Origin: the human T2T-CHM13v2.0 reference genome, Homo sapiens
Direction: 5' to 3' (one strand)
DNA length: 64,000 bases
Assembly (NCBI RefSeq): GCF_009914755.1
Contig: NC_060926.1
The notes under the pieces were generated by a model that saw nothing but the letters and a program-made list of their open reading frames with translations, did no database searches and had not been told where the DNA came from. This document shows, piece after piece, positions 1-17,872 of the stretch (position 1 is its first letter; each line of letters begins with the position of its first letter). The position numbers were made by a program, and so were the translations under genes.

Positions 1-99
1 AACCATTTGCTCTGCCATGTGCATGTTTCACTTTCCAGTTCTCTCCTGCTACAGAAAGCTAAAATCCTCCCCCAATGTATGCTTTAAATTTCACTCCCG

Positions 100-190
100 C
101 CAGTTTTTCCTCCCCGCTCCCACCGCCCCGCGCCCTGCTCCCACCCGGAATCCTCAAACTCTCCCTTTCCTCAAGCACCGTCTCAGTCTG
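100..190. promoter_or_regulatory. GC/CpG-rich edge of a promoter region with a GC-box-like motif (probably upstream of a gene just left of the window)
   Basis: Local CpG cluster and CCGCCCC (Sp1-type) at ~124-130 in an otherwise CpG-poor window. Recalled gene order places the GTF3C3 5' end to the left, but it is not visible here. Confidence 0.35.
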
Positions 191-1649
191 TAAATACGTT
201 CACCTGGGCTTCCTGTTCCACCTCTCCCACCCAAGTTTTCTTCCTTTCCTAACAGCAAACTTTCAGAAAGAACCAAATACTTGATATGGTTACTACACAT
301 TGTTGCCCATTTACTATATAATAAATACATAGGCCATCTACTGTTTTATACATATTACATACATATCTCAAAATAACCCTTCCTTCTAAGTGGATGTTAT
401 TCCTAACGCTATTGTCTCTATCTAATAAGTAGTAGAGCCAGGATTTGAACCCTGGTTTCTGACTCCAGGTCCTATGCTTGGAACTATAATATACTGCCTC
501 CTCTGAATGGTACGGTTTTTCAACTTCTACACACTCCTGTGATTTATATTTTCCCTTGTATTATAATTATCTATTTGTCCAATTCTAGAGACACTAGCTG
601 TAAATATCTTGGCAACAGCCCTAACTGATGCATCATTGTAAACCCTACTGTATGGCCTAATAATTTGTGCTGAAAACACATTTGTGAATTATATTGGATG
701 GAATTGAAAGTGCCTTTGGAACCTTGGGCAAGGGAGCTGGAGTAGGGGAATGAAGCTCAATATGAAGCTAAGGTTAAAGACAAGTTACAGGGAGAGTATC
801 ACCTAGCCATCTTTATGACAATCCTGGTGAGAATAAACAGCAAAAGGATGGGAGAATGAGGGGCCAGGACCTGCAAGGGCAGGACTGCCAAGTGAGAAAA
901 AAAAATATCTCGCAGCTAGAAGTCTTCCCCTTTCTCATGAGGAAGGATCCTCAGAGTCCTACCTGGGTATAAAATATGGAAGGTGAGCAGGGTAGAGTGT
1001 GTTAAAGTAATCCACTTAAACCACTTATAGGGAAATTCTCCCCTAAGTTTTTCCAGACAGTGGAGCAATTGTGTCTAAGAGGAATTTAGGAATCTTCAAT
1101 CCTAACTCTCCTAGGGGAAAAGAAAAGAAATCAAGTGAGAAGGGATGGTTACCTGTAAGGAGAATACTCTCCTAAGACCCAAATGACTTAGACTATCTTG
1201 TCTTATTGCTGGCTATCTGGAATATGGGAATAACAATTCTGGAGATATAGATTCATGTTATGAAGAACAGGAAGCAGTGAACAAGGGGTAGGAGGGTAGT
1301 TTTTTGTTGTTTGTTTGTTTTGTGTGTGTGTTTTGGTTTTTTGTTTTTTTTTGGGGGGGGCTATGGAACACCTTAATGACATGAAAGTTATTTTAGAGGT
1401 CAGACTGTTGCAACATATCTTGAAATTTCAATCTTTCTGTTTTTCTTTCCCCCACTTCTTTGGAAGAGATTTGTCACCTGATGAGTCAGAGGTATCCACA
1501 TTACCTTGAGATGAAGTGGAATGGTTACAGCCATAATAAAAATACATTCAGGCTTGTTTGGAAAATCAGAATGGAAAGTCTGAAGGAAGAAGAACATTGA
1601 ATTTTTACCACGACCATATAATTAAAAGCATACATTCTTTCTTCTTGCC

Positions 1650-2185
1650 AGGGAAAAGAGCCAGGATGGGCTGTGACCCTATGTGGGAGACTGTTTTTCC
1701 ATGGCTTTTTCATTGTTCTGAAAAAGCTTTTGATAGCTTTGTTCTAGGCTAGCTTTTCAAGGCTGTTTTCAAATCAAACAGCCTTGAAAGGTGGAGCTAT
1801 TGTCTCCTTCTGGGGCAGGGAGCAAATTTGTTTTCCAAACAGTGTAATAAATGTTTCCCTCTGGGCAGAGTTTGGGCGTGTTTGCTAGCAGTCCCATTAG
1901 AAGAGTGGGGATTTCCTAAGTTTGGAGTTCCTCAGCTTTGGCACAAACCCAGTTGTGCACTGCATACCCCTGGACCCACATTCACATGGCTCCCTTGATA
2001 CTTGGGGAGTCAGGAAAACTGATGTGAATGTAAAACTTATGTCACTACCTGCCATGCCATCAGTAAGAAAGTCAGTTGTCTCAGACATAAGGTGTCTCAT
2101 GTATCTGCCAAGTTTGATGAAAGGGTAGAAAGCTAGTGTGTAGCTTGCAAGTAGGATAAAAGCTCACACTCTTAACAGTTCTTGG
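1650..2185. mobile_element. Old ERV LTR remnant (MER21/MER76/MER77-like; family uncertain)
   Basis: LTR-like motifs such as 'gtttgctagcagtcccatt...cctaagtttggagttcctcagct' and a terminal 'agcttgcaagtaggataaaagctcacactcttaacagttcttg'. Recognition from memory. Confidence 0.4.
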
Positions 2186-2464
2186 CCACCCTAGATCTGG
2201 GACAGAGGACAATAGGCCAAGTGCCGGGGAATGGGGTGCTCACTGAAGAGGAGCAGAAGCTCCTCTCAGTGTTGAGAGATTGCCAAGGACCTATATAGAG
2301 AAGTACCAGAGACTTCTCCAGAACATAAAACACCTGCAGAACATTTATTTGCATTGGCGCAAACACTACATACACTTCATCTATGTTCTGGCATTAGTTC
2401 TCAGCCAAGAGCAAAATCATTTCACTAGTGAATTTTAGAAATGTGTGTAGGGAGGTTTTGGGGG

Positions 2465-3085
<621 letters not shown>

Positions 3086-3253
3086 ATAGGGCAGAGATGG
3101 GGAATCTACTAACATAGAGTATCTGGGGACCAGGTGTACTAAATGATCACGCACAGTGATAATTTGGCTTCCCCCAACTGCCAATAGCACTACCATTAAG
3201 AAACTCTAGTCAGTGTGAGGTATGGGCTTCCATCCATAAAAATGTTCCAGCTG

Positions 3254-3673
<420 letters not shown>

Positions 3674-3904
3674 TTAACACCGAGAGCAGGGATAGTAGTA
3701 AGAAAGTGAAAACCAGCCACTAGTACTTGGAACTCGACAGAGGTGAAAAACTCCCTACCACTCTACCATTTATATGAATAAGCTATGCTTTTCTGAAGAA
3801 TAGCTCATCAAGAATTACTTACACTTTTTAAATGGCAAGAAAAAAAGTTTTGACATTAACTAAAAGCAGATTCCATTACTGTGTGAAAACTGGATGAATA
3901 GCAC

Positions 3905-4065
3905 GTGTTTATTTCAATTCAACAAGTATCTATTGAACACTTGCTCCATGCTAGGCATTGTACTAGGTGCTGGGGAAATAAAGGTGAATTAGATATGGTC
4001 TCTGCTCACAAAGACCTCACGACTCTTCAGGGGAAACAGACACATATACGACTAATTACAATAGA
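3905..4065 (-). mobile_element. L2 3'-end fragment
   Basis: 'ttcaattcaacaagtatctattgaacacttgctccatgctaggcattg' matches the reverse complement of the L2 3' terminus. Confidence 0.65.
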
Positions 4066-4089
4066 ACATCTTAAACCAGACACAAAATC

Positions 4090-5081
4090 TGTTCTTGCAC
4101 AAATATTTTATTCTTCATATACAATATCAATAATCCACCCAAAAAAGCCACATTAAAATATTTTGAAATGCACAGACTAATGTTAGGACAATGTTGCATT
4201 TTAGTGCAACATTCCTTTTGCAGGAATCACAGAGAAGATGATGCAGCTATCTATAAAGATACAGGAAAAGCAGCTATTCCAAATGTGAGTATGGGAATCA
4301 GAATAACTCAGCATGAGCTAGAGTAAGGAGAGCAGGGGCTGGTTGGAAAGAGAGGAAATCACCTGTTTCTACTTTTCCTTCCTGAGGAGGTTGTGTATGA
4401 GAGCAAGGGCTCGGGCATTGCTAGAATATTTGATGTGGCACAATGTCCACCTCTGAATACTCTGGCAAAGAGCATCTTTGGAGGCGTTGACAACTTCTAG
4501 AATCCCATGTTTGTTGTTGTTGTTTGCTTCCATTTTAACTTAATTGTGGCTGTTTATCACTTGCCCTCATTTCTTATGAAACTAAAACTGTGAAGTATTT
4601 TGGTAGTGTATGCTGAACATGGGAATGCATCTTCTTTTTAGGAAAGGAAGACAAATTTTAAACCCAACCCTCTATCACATATAATGAATTTTACTATACT
4701 AAAAGTGAGCATGTCCCTTTAAAAAAATATATTGGTCGATAAAAGATAATAAACATAAAAGACAAGTTTTAAAAACAAGCTTAAAGAAACATCTAATTTA
4801 GATTATAATCTTTTTTCAGTTTGTGATGTTTTTGTAACTCCTACAAATACATGCGGTGCTCTACATCAATATTTATGGTTTCATAGGAAAAAAACTCCAT
4901 AAATATGCATAGAAATCATAGTTCCAGCGATTTATATGTAAATATGGAAATGTGGAATAAAATCATTACAAACTGAAAAATAAAAGTGAGGGGGAAAGAA
5001 ACTCCATGAAAGTTTAGCTATGACAATGGTTGAATTTTTCTAATGAGAAGCTTCATCTGTAGTTTTAAAATAGCCAGACAC
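4090..5081 (-). other. C2orf66: Inferred non-coding last exon (3' UTR) of C2orf66
   Basis: Acceptor 'ttgtcttgttctttcag|gtg' at 5082-5083 on the minus strand, AATAAA at 4112-4107, and an upstream donor at 7096-7095. Confidence 0.6.
4107..4112 (-). terminator. Polyadenylation signal AATAAA, candidate C2orf66 3' end
   Basis: tttatt on the + strand at the end of the inferred last exon. Confidence 0.5.
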
Positions 5082-5831
5082 CTGAAAGAACAAGACAATG
5101 TTATAATTAAATAGAAATTGAAGACTATACAATCAACACAAAGACCCCCAAATCAACATATTTTACTGAAAACTCTTTTTGTCTTCATTTTCTCACCAGA
5201 GATGTAAGGAACATAGAGTTCATAATTATGAAATATACTCCAAATCAGAAGCTTTGTTTTTTTTTTCATAAAAGTAAATAATTCCTGTTCTTTTATGATA
5301 CCACCAACTGGGTGCTTTATCAGTTTCCTGCCCTTTTATATTACCTCATTCCATGCTCACATGAAAGTATTTATTTGATATTTTCTATGATACTTTCTGT
5401 AAGGTAGAAACTAGTATCTGCAATTTACAGATGAAGAAGCCGAGGCTTACAAGCAATTTATCTGCCTTTTACTAAGAGAGATAGTATGGTATTAATAACT
5501 ATTCTCTGATACCCTAAGGCCTAAGTGTAAATAATAGTCAAGAGAAAACTTCATTAACATCTTACTGTTTCTTCTATTTTATTTTCTCATTTTAGAACAA
5601 TATCCAAGGGCATATTCCACATGGTAAGTTATACGTTCTTTTTAGAGTAGCAATCATTATTTTTTAATCATCACATTTAAAAGAACTAATAATGAAAACC
5701 CTTTCACAAACACCATGAAGCACAAGACAGGCATGCTTCCTCAGAATTTCAAAATTACACTTGTGGGAGAATGGGAAAAGATTTTAATTATGATTCCATT
5801 CCCTTTATTATTCAGCTAAACAAAAAGCTAA

Positions 5832-6168
<337 letters not shown>

Positions 6169-6242
6169 CAATCATGCTTGTTCTTTTTAAATGGTAGGTG
6201 TTGGTTTGATAGGAATGCTAAATAATAAGAGTAATGAAATTC

Positions 6243-6561
<319 letters not shown>

Positions 6562-7115
6562 TTAATAAATTTTTAATTTTTTTCTATGAGAAAAATGCCA
6601 TCCTTACTAATAGTCAACCTTTTCTTCCTATAGGTGAGGAAGTTCAAGCTCAAATATATGCATAATACTTTATCCCCCAAAGAACCATACTTTCAACTTT
6701 TAATTCCCATCTAATCCAACAGCTCAATTTGACATATTTCTTTATGTAGATTTTCCACATAACTTAGCTATATCAGTTGGTCTGGAAAAAGATACAGGTA
6801 AGAGTGTGGCCATGTTATTAATTTAATAATCCTATTAAGAGATAATTCTATTATTTTAATATGTCTCTGCCTGGATAACTATGCTTAAAAAATAAAAACT
6901 GTCATTTCTTTTTAAAACAAGACTGTAAAATACCTGAACCAAATCCAAATACTTAATAGTAATGAGTATAAGCAGAACTGAGCATTTATTTCTATGAGGA
7001 AATAAAATTATGTTTTCAAATAAATACTTTCAAAATATCTACTTTATGGCTGACTTGTATGTTTGGACAGATCCAGAATAAAGGGCCAACTTTTACCTGA
7101 GCTCAGAAGAAACTT

Positions 7116-7295
<180 letters not shown>

Positions 7296-7741
7296 CTAAA
7301 GAGAGAAAGAAAATGGTCAATGCCAGATATAAATGAAACACCAAAAATAAAGGTGTTTTTCTTCCCTCTATTTTTCCCCTGAATTGACTTTAAGGCTAAT
7401 CTAAGAGGCAGGAAATACAAAATCTAGAAATACAAGTACATGCTTCAGCTACTTCTCCTCCCCTCCTCTGTACCTTCTTTCTGACATTTCAACCCTAACC
7501 AAAATAATTCACCATTCTTACTGAAAATTGAAGGAAGACTATGGAGCGGCACCACAGTGGAAAGATTCATTGTGAACTATCTCTGAGTACTAAGGTCAAA
7601 GGTGAAAATGAACTCCATAATAAGCAGCTCAGTATCTCCTCTTCCTTAATATGAGATCTCTGTTGTTGCCTTCTGCAATAGTTTCTTTTCAGATTTCCAT
7701 TAGGAAATGAACACAGAAGATGTGCGAAGTGCTACTTGCTT

Positions 7742-8263
7742 TGATGCAGGACAGGCAAATCCCAAAACTGGAGCTTAGCACAGGAGGGTTCTTGGCTTTG
7801 CCCAGAAAAGAATTTAAGGGCAGGCTGGTTGTGGTAACAATCTTTTATTGAAAGGTACTGCTCCTGCCAGAACAAGGCTAATTCATAGGTAGTGCACCTA
7901 GGGCTGACAACATATGGGCTCTTATCAACTGTGTTTTTATCCACTTTTGAATATATGCAAATTAAGGGATGGGTTAATGCAAATAGAAGGGAGTTATTTA
8001 GAGCTTTCTAGGAAAGAGGTGGTAACTTTTGGGTCATTGCCATGGAAAGGAGTGGTAGCTTCCAGGTAATTGCCATGACATTTGTAAACTGTCATGGCAC
8101 TGAGGGGAGGATCATATCCTAAGAGCAATGAGAGCAGGTCGGGACCACTTTTGTTGCCATCTGCTGGTTTCACCCAGTGTTTTCACTTTATCCTGTCTGG
8201 ACCAGATCCTGTTTTCGTCAGCAGCTGTGACCAGAAAACAAATCCTGCTGGTCTCTTATCTCA
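7742..8263 (-). mobile_element. ERV1 solo LTR (MER51-like) in C2orf66 intron 1
   Basis: TG...CA termini, AATAAA on the minus strand (~7849-7844), and MER4-group/MER51-like sequence recalled from consensus. Confidence 0.65.
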
Positions 8264-8733
8264 GTTTATTTTAATCCTATGTTGTTATATTTCCCATCAT
8301 TCACTTTAGAAAAACCATATTTCAAAATAGTCATGTCAACATGTTTATTGTATTTGGCATTTTTTTTAAAGAGAATGTTTACTGATCTTTTGAATTCTAT
8401 TTTATAGATAACTATATGTTGAAAATATGTCCAGTAAATTGATACCCATGCAGGGTCAACTTTCAATTTTTGCAGCTGAGCTTGGCAATCTCTAGTTATA
8501 TGATAACTTGTTTTATCATCAGTTCAATCTAAGCTATGCACGAGCAATTCCCTGTTACACTCTTTATTTTTTATATGTATTAGAAATCAAGGCTACAAAG
8601 TCAATGTGTATATAAGATCAGTTACAAATGAATTGTACTATGTGTGTATAAGATTGTTTCTAAATATAAATTTGTTTCTCTTTACAGAAACAAATGTAAA
8701 CTGGCCAGAGAAACAATAGGTTGCCAACCACTA

Positions 8734-9072
<339 letters not shown>

Positions 9073-10434
9073 TCAGGGAAGAGAGAGAGAAAGAGGAAAC
9101 ATCTGTAAAGGCAGACAAGGAAGGAGAAATAGCATACTGGTTTATCTAAGTTTTACAGCCATCTTTTTTCCAGATTGACTTCTAAATGAGGACCCCAAAA
9201 TGCAACTGATTAGCTTAAAGTAGCCCATGATAATGAGAATGTTATACAGTGATAAGCAAAACAATTATGGAACATAACAGAAAGTCTGAATATGCCTTTT
9301 TCATCTTTGGAAAAAAAGTACTTTGTTGTCTCCAAAGAAACTGCAACTCTTAAAATAACAAAAAACAAAACCTTAAATTACTTTTAAGCCTTAAGACAGC
9401 AGTCTTTAAAAAAAAGAAAAGAAAAAGAAATTACTTCAGATACCGAGCTGAGAAATACACCTTATACACACATCTGAGACAGACAGACACATACCACAAC
9501 AGTGTGAGTAGAGATTGTCTTCCACTCCAAGGTGTGAAAGAGAAACTGAGACACATTGTAGAAAAGGCTAATAAAGCTTACCAGGAGTTTGGTTTTGGTT
9601 GGTCCTCCTAGGTTATCCTGCCTATAATTGGCAAGGCAATTCATGGGTACTTATAACCAATGGATTGGGTGCCAGTGGAAGTCACTGACTTGAGCAGGGG
9701 AGTTAAAAAATAATGATTCCTTTTTCATCCAGAACACAAAGATTCTTGAGAGTCAGATCTTCAAGCTTCTTCAGGGATAAGCTTATTTGCCTTAGAAATG
9801 CGGCAGCCACTCCTTGAACCACGAACATTTTATGTGGATTTTATAAAACACACAAAGCACTTCCACACAGCAAAGTGATTTTCTCCTTTTTTACTTTTAA
9901 GGGAAGGGATACACCTGGAAATATGATGGATTATAGCTGGAAATATGATGATGATTATCCCACCTATTAGAACGTTCTTTTGGAGATATGACTTTTTCAA
10001 GTTAACAGCATTTTTTGAACAGAAAATTCTTTTGTGAGAGACAAAATTACTCTTTTTGACCTATACCTTGTACTTTTTTCTGAGAACCTCAAGAAGCTTT
10101 ACAAGTTTTAAATAGTGGCATCATTTATCATAATATCTCTTCAAAATAGAGCAAGAAGATAACACATGTTTCATGGAAAAAAGATAAATTACTATACCTA
10201 CAACATTCCCTTGCTGAATAAATGCCATCTGTAGAAAATGGTAGGCCGAGAAATTGGACTTGAGTTGTGACGTTGCTTTGGTTCCAATGATTTAGAACAA
10301 AATTTAGGACAAGATATTTATTCAGAAGGCTGGTGATCTCGACTGGAAATTAGCAAACCTGGCTATAGTCTCAGTCTTGCCATCTTGACCCTGGGCAAGT
10401 TACTATGACCTCTGCCCTTCAGTTGTTCATTTCC

Positions 10435-11790
10435 TCTGTTTATTCATTCAGCAGACTTTTACAAAGTGCCTACTATGTGCCAGGTACTGCAACAGGATTT
10501 GAGGATGAAATGGTAAGAATAATAAATACAGTCCTTGCCCTCATTAAAATAGAGTAGTGGGCAAGACAAACATTAATCAAATCGTACAACCAAATGTGTA
10601 CATATAAGTGAACAATCATTTCTATGAAATAGCGAGTGCTATGAAAGTATAGAAAAAGGGAATTTGATTCAGTCTGAGAGCCAAGGAAGTCTTCTGTGAA
10701 GAAATGACCTTACATCCAGTCAACTGAATAGGAGTTACCCAGGCAACCTGAGGAAGACAGAGGGAGAAGTGTGTCTAACAAGGTGAACAGCTGTGCTAGG
10801 AATGGGGCACTTTAAAGGTACTGAAATTATGCCAGGCGTAGAGGGAGCAGGTGGGATGCCTGACGCAAGATGGGGCCGGAGAGGTAGTCAGATTATGATC
10901 TTTAGGCTACAAGTAATGCTAACTGATTAAAGGGTTTTAGGCATCAAAGAAGCTTGATCATACTTGCATTTTTAAAAGGTTATTCTGGTTGCAGTGGGGA
11001 GGAGAGACTGAGCTAGAAAAGAGGGCTGCGCAAAGCCAGTTAGGTGGTTACACAGTAGTCCAGGCAGGAAAAGATGTTAACTTGGATTAGGGCGATGTTA
11101 GCACAGATGCACAGATTATGGGTAGATCTGAGAGAGATTTATAAGGGATTGTTAATGTACTGGGTACTACGGGGAGGGGGGCTAAGGAGATGGGAGTTTC
11201 AAAACCAATTGCTAGGTCCGTGGGTTATGCAGGTGAGTGGGTTACAGTGCCATTCACCAAGATATCAAACCGAGGCATGGAGGAGTGAAGATCATCATTC
11301 TGTTTGGAATGTGTTGAGTTAGAGGAGGCTTTGAGATTTCCTCGTGGGGTTGGAGAGTATGCAATAGGATACACAGATCTGGAGCTCAAAGGAGAAATCT
11401 GGGAAGGAAATGTAAATTTGGGAGTTGTTGGCATAGAAGTGAATGAGATTACCTCAGTAAAGTTTAGAATATGAGGAAAAAAGGGGGCCAAAAACTTGAG
11501 CTTTGAGAAATTTTAACATGTAACAGCCACATACAGGAATCTACAAAAGAGACCCTGAAGGTGAGGGAAAATCAGCAAAGTATGGAAGCAACAGAAGAAA
11601 GTGTTTCAAGAAGGGACACATTGGATAAAATTAGGTCTATAGAGCATTTGAACTGTTTTAGTAGAAAGTCAGATTAGAAGGGACTGGATGGAGAGGAAAA
11701 TGAGTGAGTATAGCAAGCTCTTGGAAACGCAGCTATGAAAAGAAAGAAGGTAGTTACTAGAGTTAAAAGTAGAGTCAAGGAAAAGTGTTG
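10435..11790 (-). mobile_element. L2 (L2a-like) long fragment
   Basis: 'attcattcagcagacttttacaaagtgcctactatgtgccagg' L2 3' end, followed by purine-rich antisense L2 body. Confidence 0.7.
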
Positions 11791-11938
11791 TAGTTGTTAA
11801 AATATGAGAGACTTGTTTGTTTAAATGTCAACGGTTAGGTGAGTAAATGAATACCCTGGAATTGTATTACATCACTCTCTTTAAAACCCCAGGACTTTAA
11901 AGTATATAATAATATTGAAATATTAAATTTTTACTGAG

Positions 11939-14261
11939 GTTCAACATATGCAAATCAATATATGTAATCCATCACATAAACAGAACCAATGACAAAAACC
12001 ACAACATGATTTGTCTCAATAGATGCAGAAAAGGCCTTCGGCAAAATTCAACAACCTTCATGCTAAAAACTTTCAATAAACCAGGTATTGATGGAACGTA
12101 TCTCAAAATAATAAGAGCTATTTATCACAAACCCGCAGTCAATAACATACTGAATGGGCAAAAACTGGAAGCATTCCCTTTAAAAACTGGCACAAGACAA
12201 GGATGCCCTCTTTCACCACTCCTATTCAACATAGTATTGGAAGTTCTGGCCAGGACAATCAGGCAAGAGAAAGAAATAAAGTGTATTCAATTAGGAAAAG
12301 AGGAAGTCAAATTGTCTATGTTTGCAGATGACATGATTGTATATTTAGAAAACCCCATTGTCTCAGCCCAAAATCTCCTTAAGCTGATAAGCAACTTCAG
12401 CAAAGTCTCAGGATACAAAAATCAATGTGCAAAAATCACAAGCATTCTTATACACCAGTAACAGACAAACAGCCAAATCATGAGTGAACTCCCATTCACA
12501 ATTGCTACAAAGAGAATAAAATATATTGGAATACAACTTATAAGGGATATGAAGGATCTCTTCAAGGAGAACTACCAACCACTGCTCAAGGAAATAAGAG
12601 AGGACACAAACAAATGGAAAAACATTCCATGCTCATGGATAGGAAGAATCAATATAGTGAAAATGGCCATACTGCCCAAAGTAATTTATAGATTCAATGC
12701 TATTCCCATCAAGCTACCATTGACTTTCTTCACAGAACTGGAAACAACTACTGTAAATTTCATATGGAATCAAAAAAGAGCCCACATAGCCAAAAAGAAG
12801 AAAAAAAAGAACAAAGCTGAAGGCACCATGCTACCTAACTTCAAACTGTCCTACAAGGCTACAGTAACCAAAACAGCATGGTACTGGTACCAAAACAAAT
12901 ATATAGACCAATGGAACAGAACAGAGCCCTCAGAAATAACACCACACATCTACAACCATCTGATCTTTGACCAACTCAGCAAAAACAAGCAATGGGGAAA
13001 GGATCCCCTATTTAATAAACGGTGCTGGGAAAACTGGCTAGCCATATGTAGAAAGCTGAAACTGGATCCTTTCCTTACAGCTTATATGAATATTAACTCA
13101 AGATGGATAAAAGACTTAAACGTAAGACCTAAAACTATAAAAACCCTAGAAGAAAACCTAGGCAATACCATTCAGGACATAGGCATGGGCAAAGACTTCA
13201 GGACTAAAACACCAAAAGCAATGGCAACAAAAGCCAAAATTGGCAAATGGGATCTAATTACACTAAAGAGCTTCTGCACAGCAAAAGAAACTGTCAACAC
13301 AGTGAACAGGCAACCTACAGAATGGTAGAAAATTTTTGCAATCTATCTATCTGACAAAGGGCTAATATCCAGAATCTACAAAGAACTTAAACAAATTCAC
13401 AAGAAAAAAACAACCCCATCAAAAAGTGGCGAAGGATATGAACAGACACTTCTCAGAAGAAGACGTTTATGCAGCCTACAAACACGAAAAAAAGCTCATC
13501 ATCACTGGTCACTAGAGAAATGCAAATCAAAACCACAATGAGATACCATCTCACACCGGTTAGAATGGCAATCATTAAAAAGTCAGGAAACAACATATGC
13601 TGGAGAGGATGTGGAGAAATAGGAGCGCTTTTACACTGTTGGTGAGAGTGTATATTAGTTCAACCATTGTGGCAGACAGTGTGGAAATTCCTCAAGGATC
13701 TAGAACTAGAAATACCATTTGACCCAGCAATCCCATTACTGGGTATACACCCAAAGGATTACAAATCATGCTATTATAAAGACACATGCACACATATGTC
13801 TATTGCAGCACTATTCACAATAGCAAAGACTTGGAACCAACCCAAATGTCCATCAATGATAGATTGGATAAAGAAAACATGGCACATATACACCATGGAA
13901 TACTATGCAGCCATAAAAAAGGATGAGTTCATGTCCTTTGCAGGGACATGGATGAAACTGGAAACCATCATTCTCAGCAAACTAACACAGGAACAGAAAA
14001 CCAAACACTGCATGTTCTCACTCAATAGTGGGAGTTGAACAATGAGAACACATGGACACAGGGAGGGGAACATCACACACTGGGGCCTATAGGGGGTTGA
14101 GAGGCTGGGGGAGAGATAGCACTAGGAGAAATACCTAATGTAGATGACGAGTTGATGAGTGCAACAAACCAACATGGCACGCGTATACCTGTATAACAAA
14201 CCTGCATGTTCTGCACATGTACCCCAGAACTTACAGTATAATAAAAAACAAATCAAAAAAA
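11939..14261 (+). mobile_element. 5'-truncated primate L1 (L1PA): broken ORF2 RT and C-terminal region, 3' UTR, poly(A)
   Basis: ORFs 12006-12461 (QGCPLSP, FADD RT motifs), 12480-13328 and 13667-14038 are frameshifted ORF2 pieces. 14-bp TSD aaatttttactgag (11925-11938 / 14262-14275). Confidence 0.95.
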
Positions 14262-14618
14262 AAATTTTTACTGAGATTATAGTAAAAAGTCACAACACTA
14301 TAAACTCCTTAGACAATGCCCACCCTCACATTCCCAGTGCCCAATGTTGAGCCCAATATGCAAGCACTTTTAAAACAGGAAATACTGGCTGAATAAATTA
14401 CAACAGATTTTCATAGCCATTTATCTATGAATAATTGATAGTTCCATTTGTATAAAAACATAGTTCATCTGTTCTTTTAAGAGCTTCTTAAATTTTTAAG
14501 AAATATTTATAGTTTCTCAAAGGAACCGATGGACCAAAGGTAACATACATACTATAGTCTTGTTCCTTAACACTGGAGTTTCCCTGATGATTAATAGAAC
14601 ATAGAACTATATGTTTAA

Positions 14619-14939
<321 letters not shown>

Positions 14940-16184
14940 AGTTTCTTGATTTTAAATTTCTTTTTTAAAGAGCAGAAGGTACTACTGATAAAGTTGATTA
15001 TGACATTTCCTTCAAAATGTATCAACACAGCACTAAGTAGATATTTTATAATTATTTGGTTAATAGGTTCAATCGAGAGAAAGAGAAAAAAACCCACAAT
15101 ATTTTAGGTTCTCAAACCATTAGTTTTTGGTCCAAATTATCTAATTTGGTCTCTTCATTAAGTAGTGCATTTGTAACAGTAGCAGTTGGGACAAAAGGGT
15201 GTGGTAGCAGGCAAAAAGGTGCTTCTGCACCCAGAGGCATCTGAATGAAATTCTTTGCTAGCATTTCTCAAGTGGAATTTGAAAAGAAAATAGAGTACTC
15301 AGCACAGAACCACACACATGAAAGAAATCCAACAAATATGTGTTGATTGAATTACAAATTGAAGTATAATATAAATGCAAACATAGGCTAATTGTGGGGA
15401 AATCATGCTAATTAAACAAGGTAGGGAGGAATTTTTAAACCATCTATTGGACTATATAACCTTTTCAAACCCTTCTTGTCTCTTTTAAGGAAAAAAACCC
15501 AGAGCTGATACAGCTCGTTAGCTGTATCATGAATGAGGACATAAAATTTAATCTCTTTTTTCTTCCCCTTGGCCTAAGTGAATAGGAAAATTATTATTTA
15601 TAGAGTGCCTCCTCAGTGATGATGAGGACTTCAAAAATAAGGGAAAGGTTGCTCATATGATTAATAGAGCAGGCCGGGCAGCTTTCTGCTCATAGCAATA
15701 ACTGCTTTTTTTGTGTGTGACAGCAACAGATTTCAGTTTGAAGGTGGAATAAAGAGAAGGAGGAAGAAATAAACCTCTTGTGATAAACAGAACAGAAGCA
15801 AAGAGCTGTGGGTCAAGGGAGCCATAGTGACTATGACAGACAGGAGAGTAGGGGCTCACCCCTCATATTCTGGGGGCACAAAAATCTCCCAGATTCTATG
15901 AGACCCAGAGGAGGTGAGGGTAGGTGCAGAAACCATTGAAGTTGAATTTCCCTCCTCCCCCATTGGTATAGGGGCTTAGAGTCAAACGAAGTTGGTTAAA
16001 AACACACATGACATTCTCAAAAACCTCCACAGTAGGGTGAACCATTTGTCCTTTTCAGCAGCATCTATATTAAGTGTAAGTATAAAGTTGACCCTCAGAA
16101 TTCTGTAGTTATTCACTATGGAGAAATCTGTCGTATTCTTTGCTATCATCAGTTTTGTTTTCTAAAAAATGGCAAAGTAAAGAT

Positions 16185-16383
16185 GGCAGTAATAGAAACT
16201 GGGGACTATTAGAAGGAAGGAGAGAGGGAGGAGGGCAAGGGTTGAAAAACTAACTGCCGGGTACTGTGCTTAGTACCTGAGTGATGGGATCATTCATATC
16301 CCAAACCTCTGCATCACGCAATATACCCAGGTAACAAACCAGCATGTGTACCCCCCGAATCTAAAATAAAAGTTGGAAAAAAA
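16185..16383 (+). mobile_element. Old L1 (L1PB/late L1PA-type) 3'-end fragment
   Basis: 'caaacctctgcatcacgcaatatacccaggtaacaaaccagcatgtgtaccccccgaatctaaaataaaag' L1 3' UTR terminus. Confidence 0.8.
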
Positions 16384-16492
16384 TGTTAGAGGGGTATATT
16401 AAAAAGGATAAAAGATCTTCCTCTGTTTAAAATATGTTACAACCGTTTTTATGTAATAGGGCTAGAGTGTAAGCCAATTCTAAAAGCCTGAG

Positions 16493-17872
<1,380 letters not shown>

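Noticed and set aside
11885-11915. Short sequence resembling the L1 3' terminus just upstream of the L1PA TSD
   Set aside because: Only ~28 bp and AT-rich; cannot be distinguished from chance.
12006-14038. Long ORFs of 151, 282 and 123 aa with reverse-transcriptase motifs
   Set aside because: Frameshifted L1 ORF2 remnants of a 5'-truncated element; not a novel RT system.
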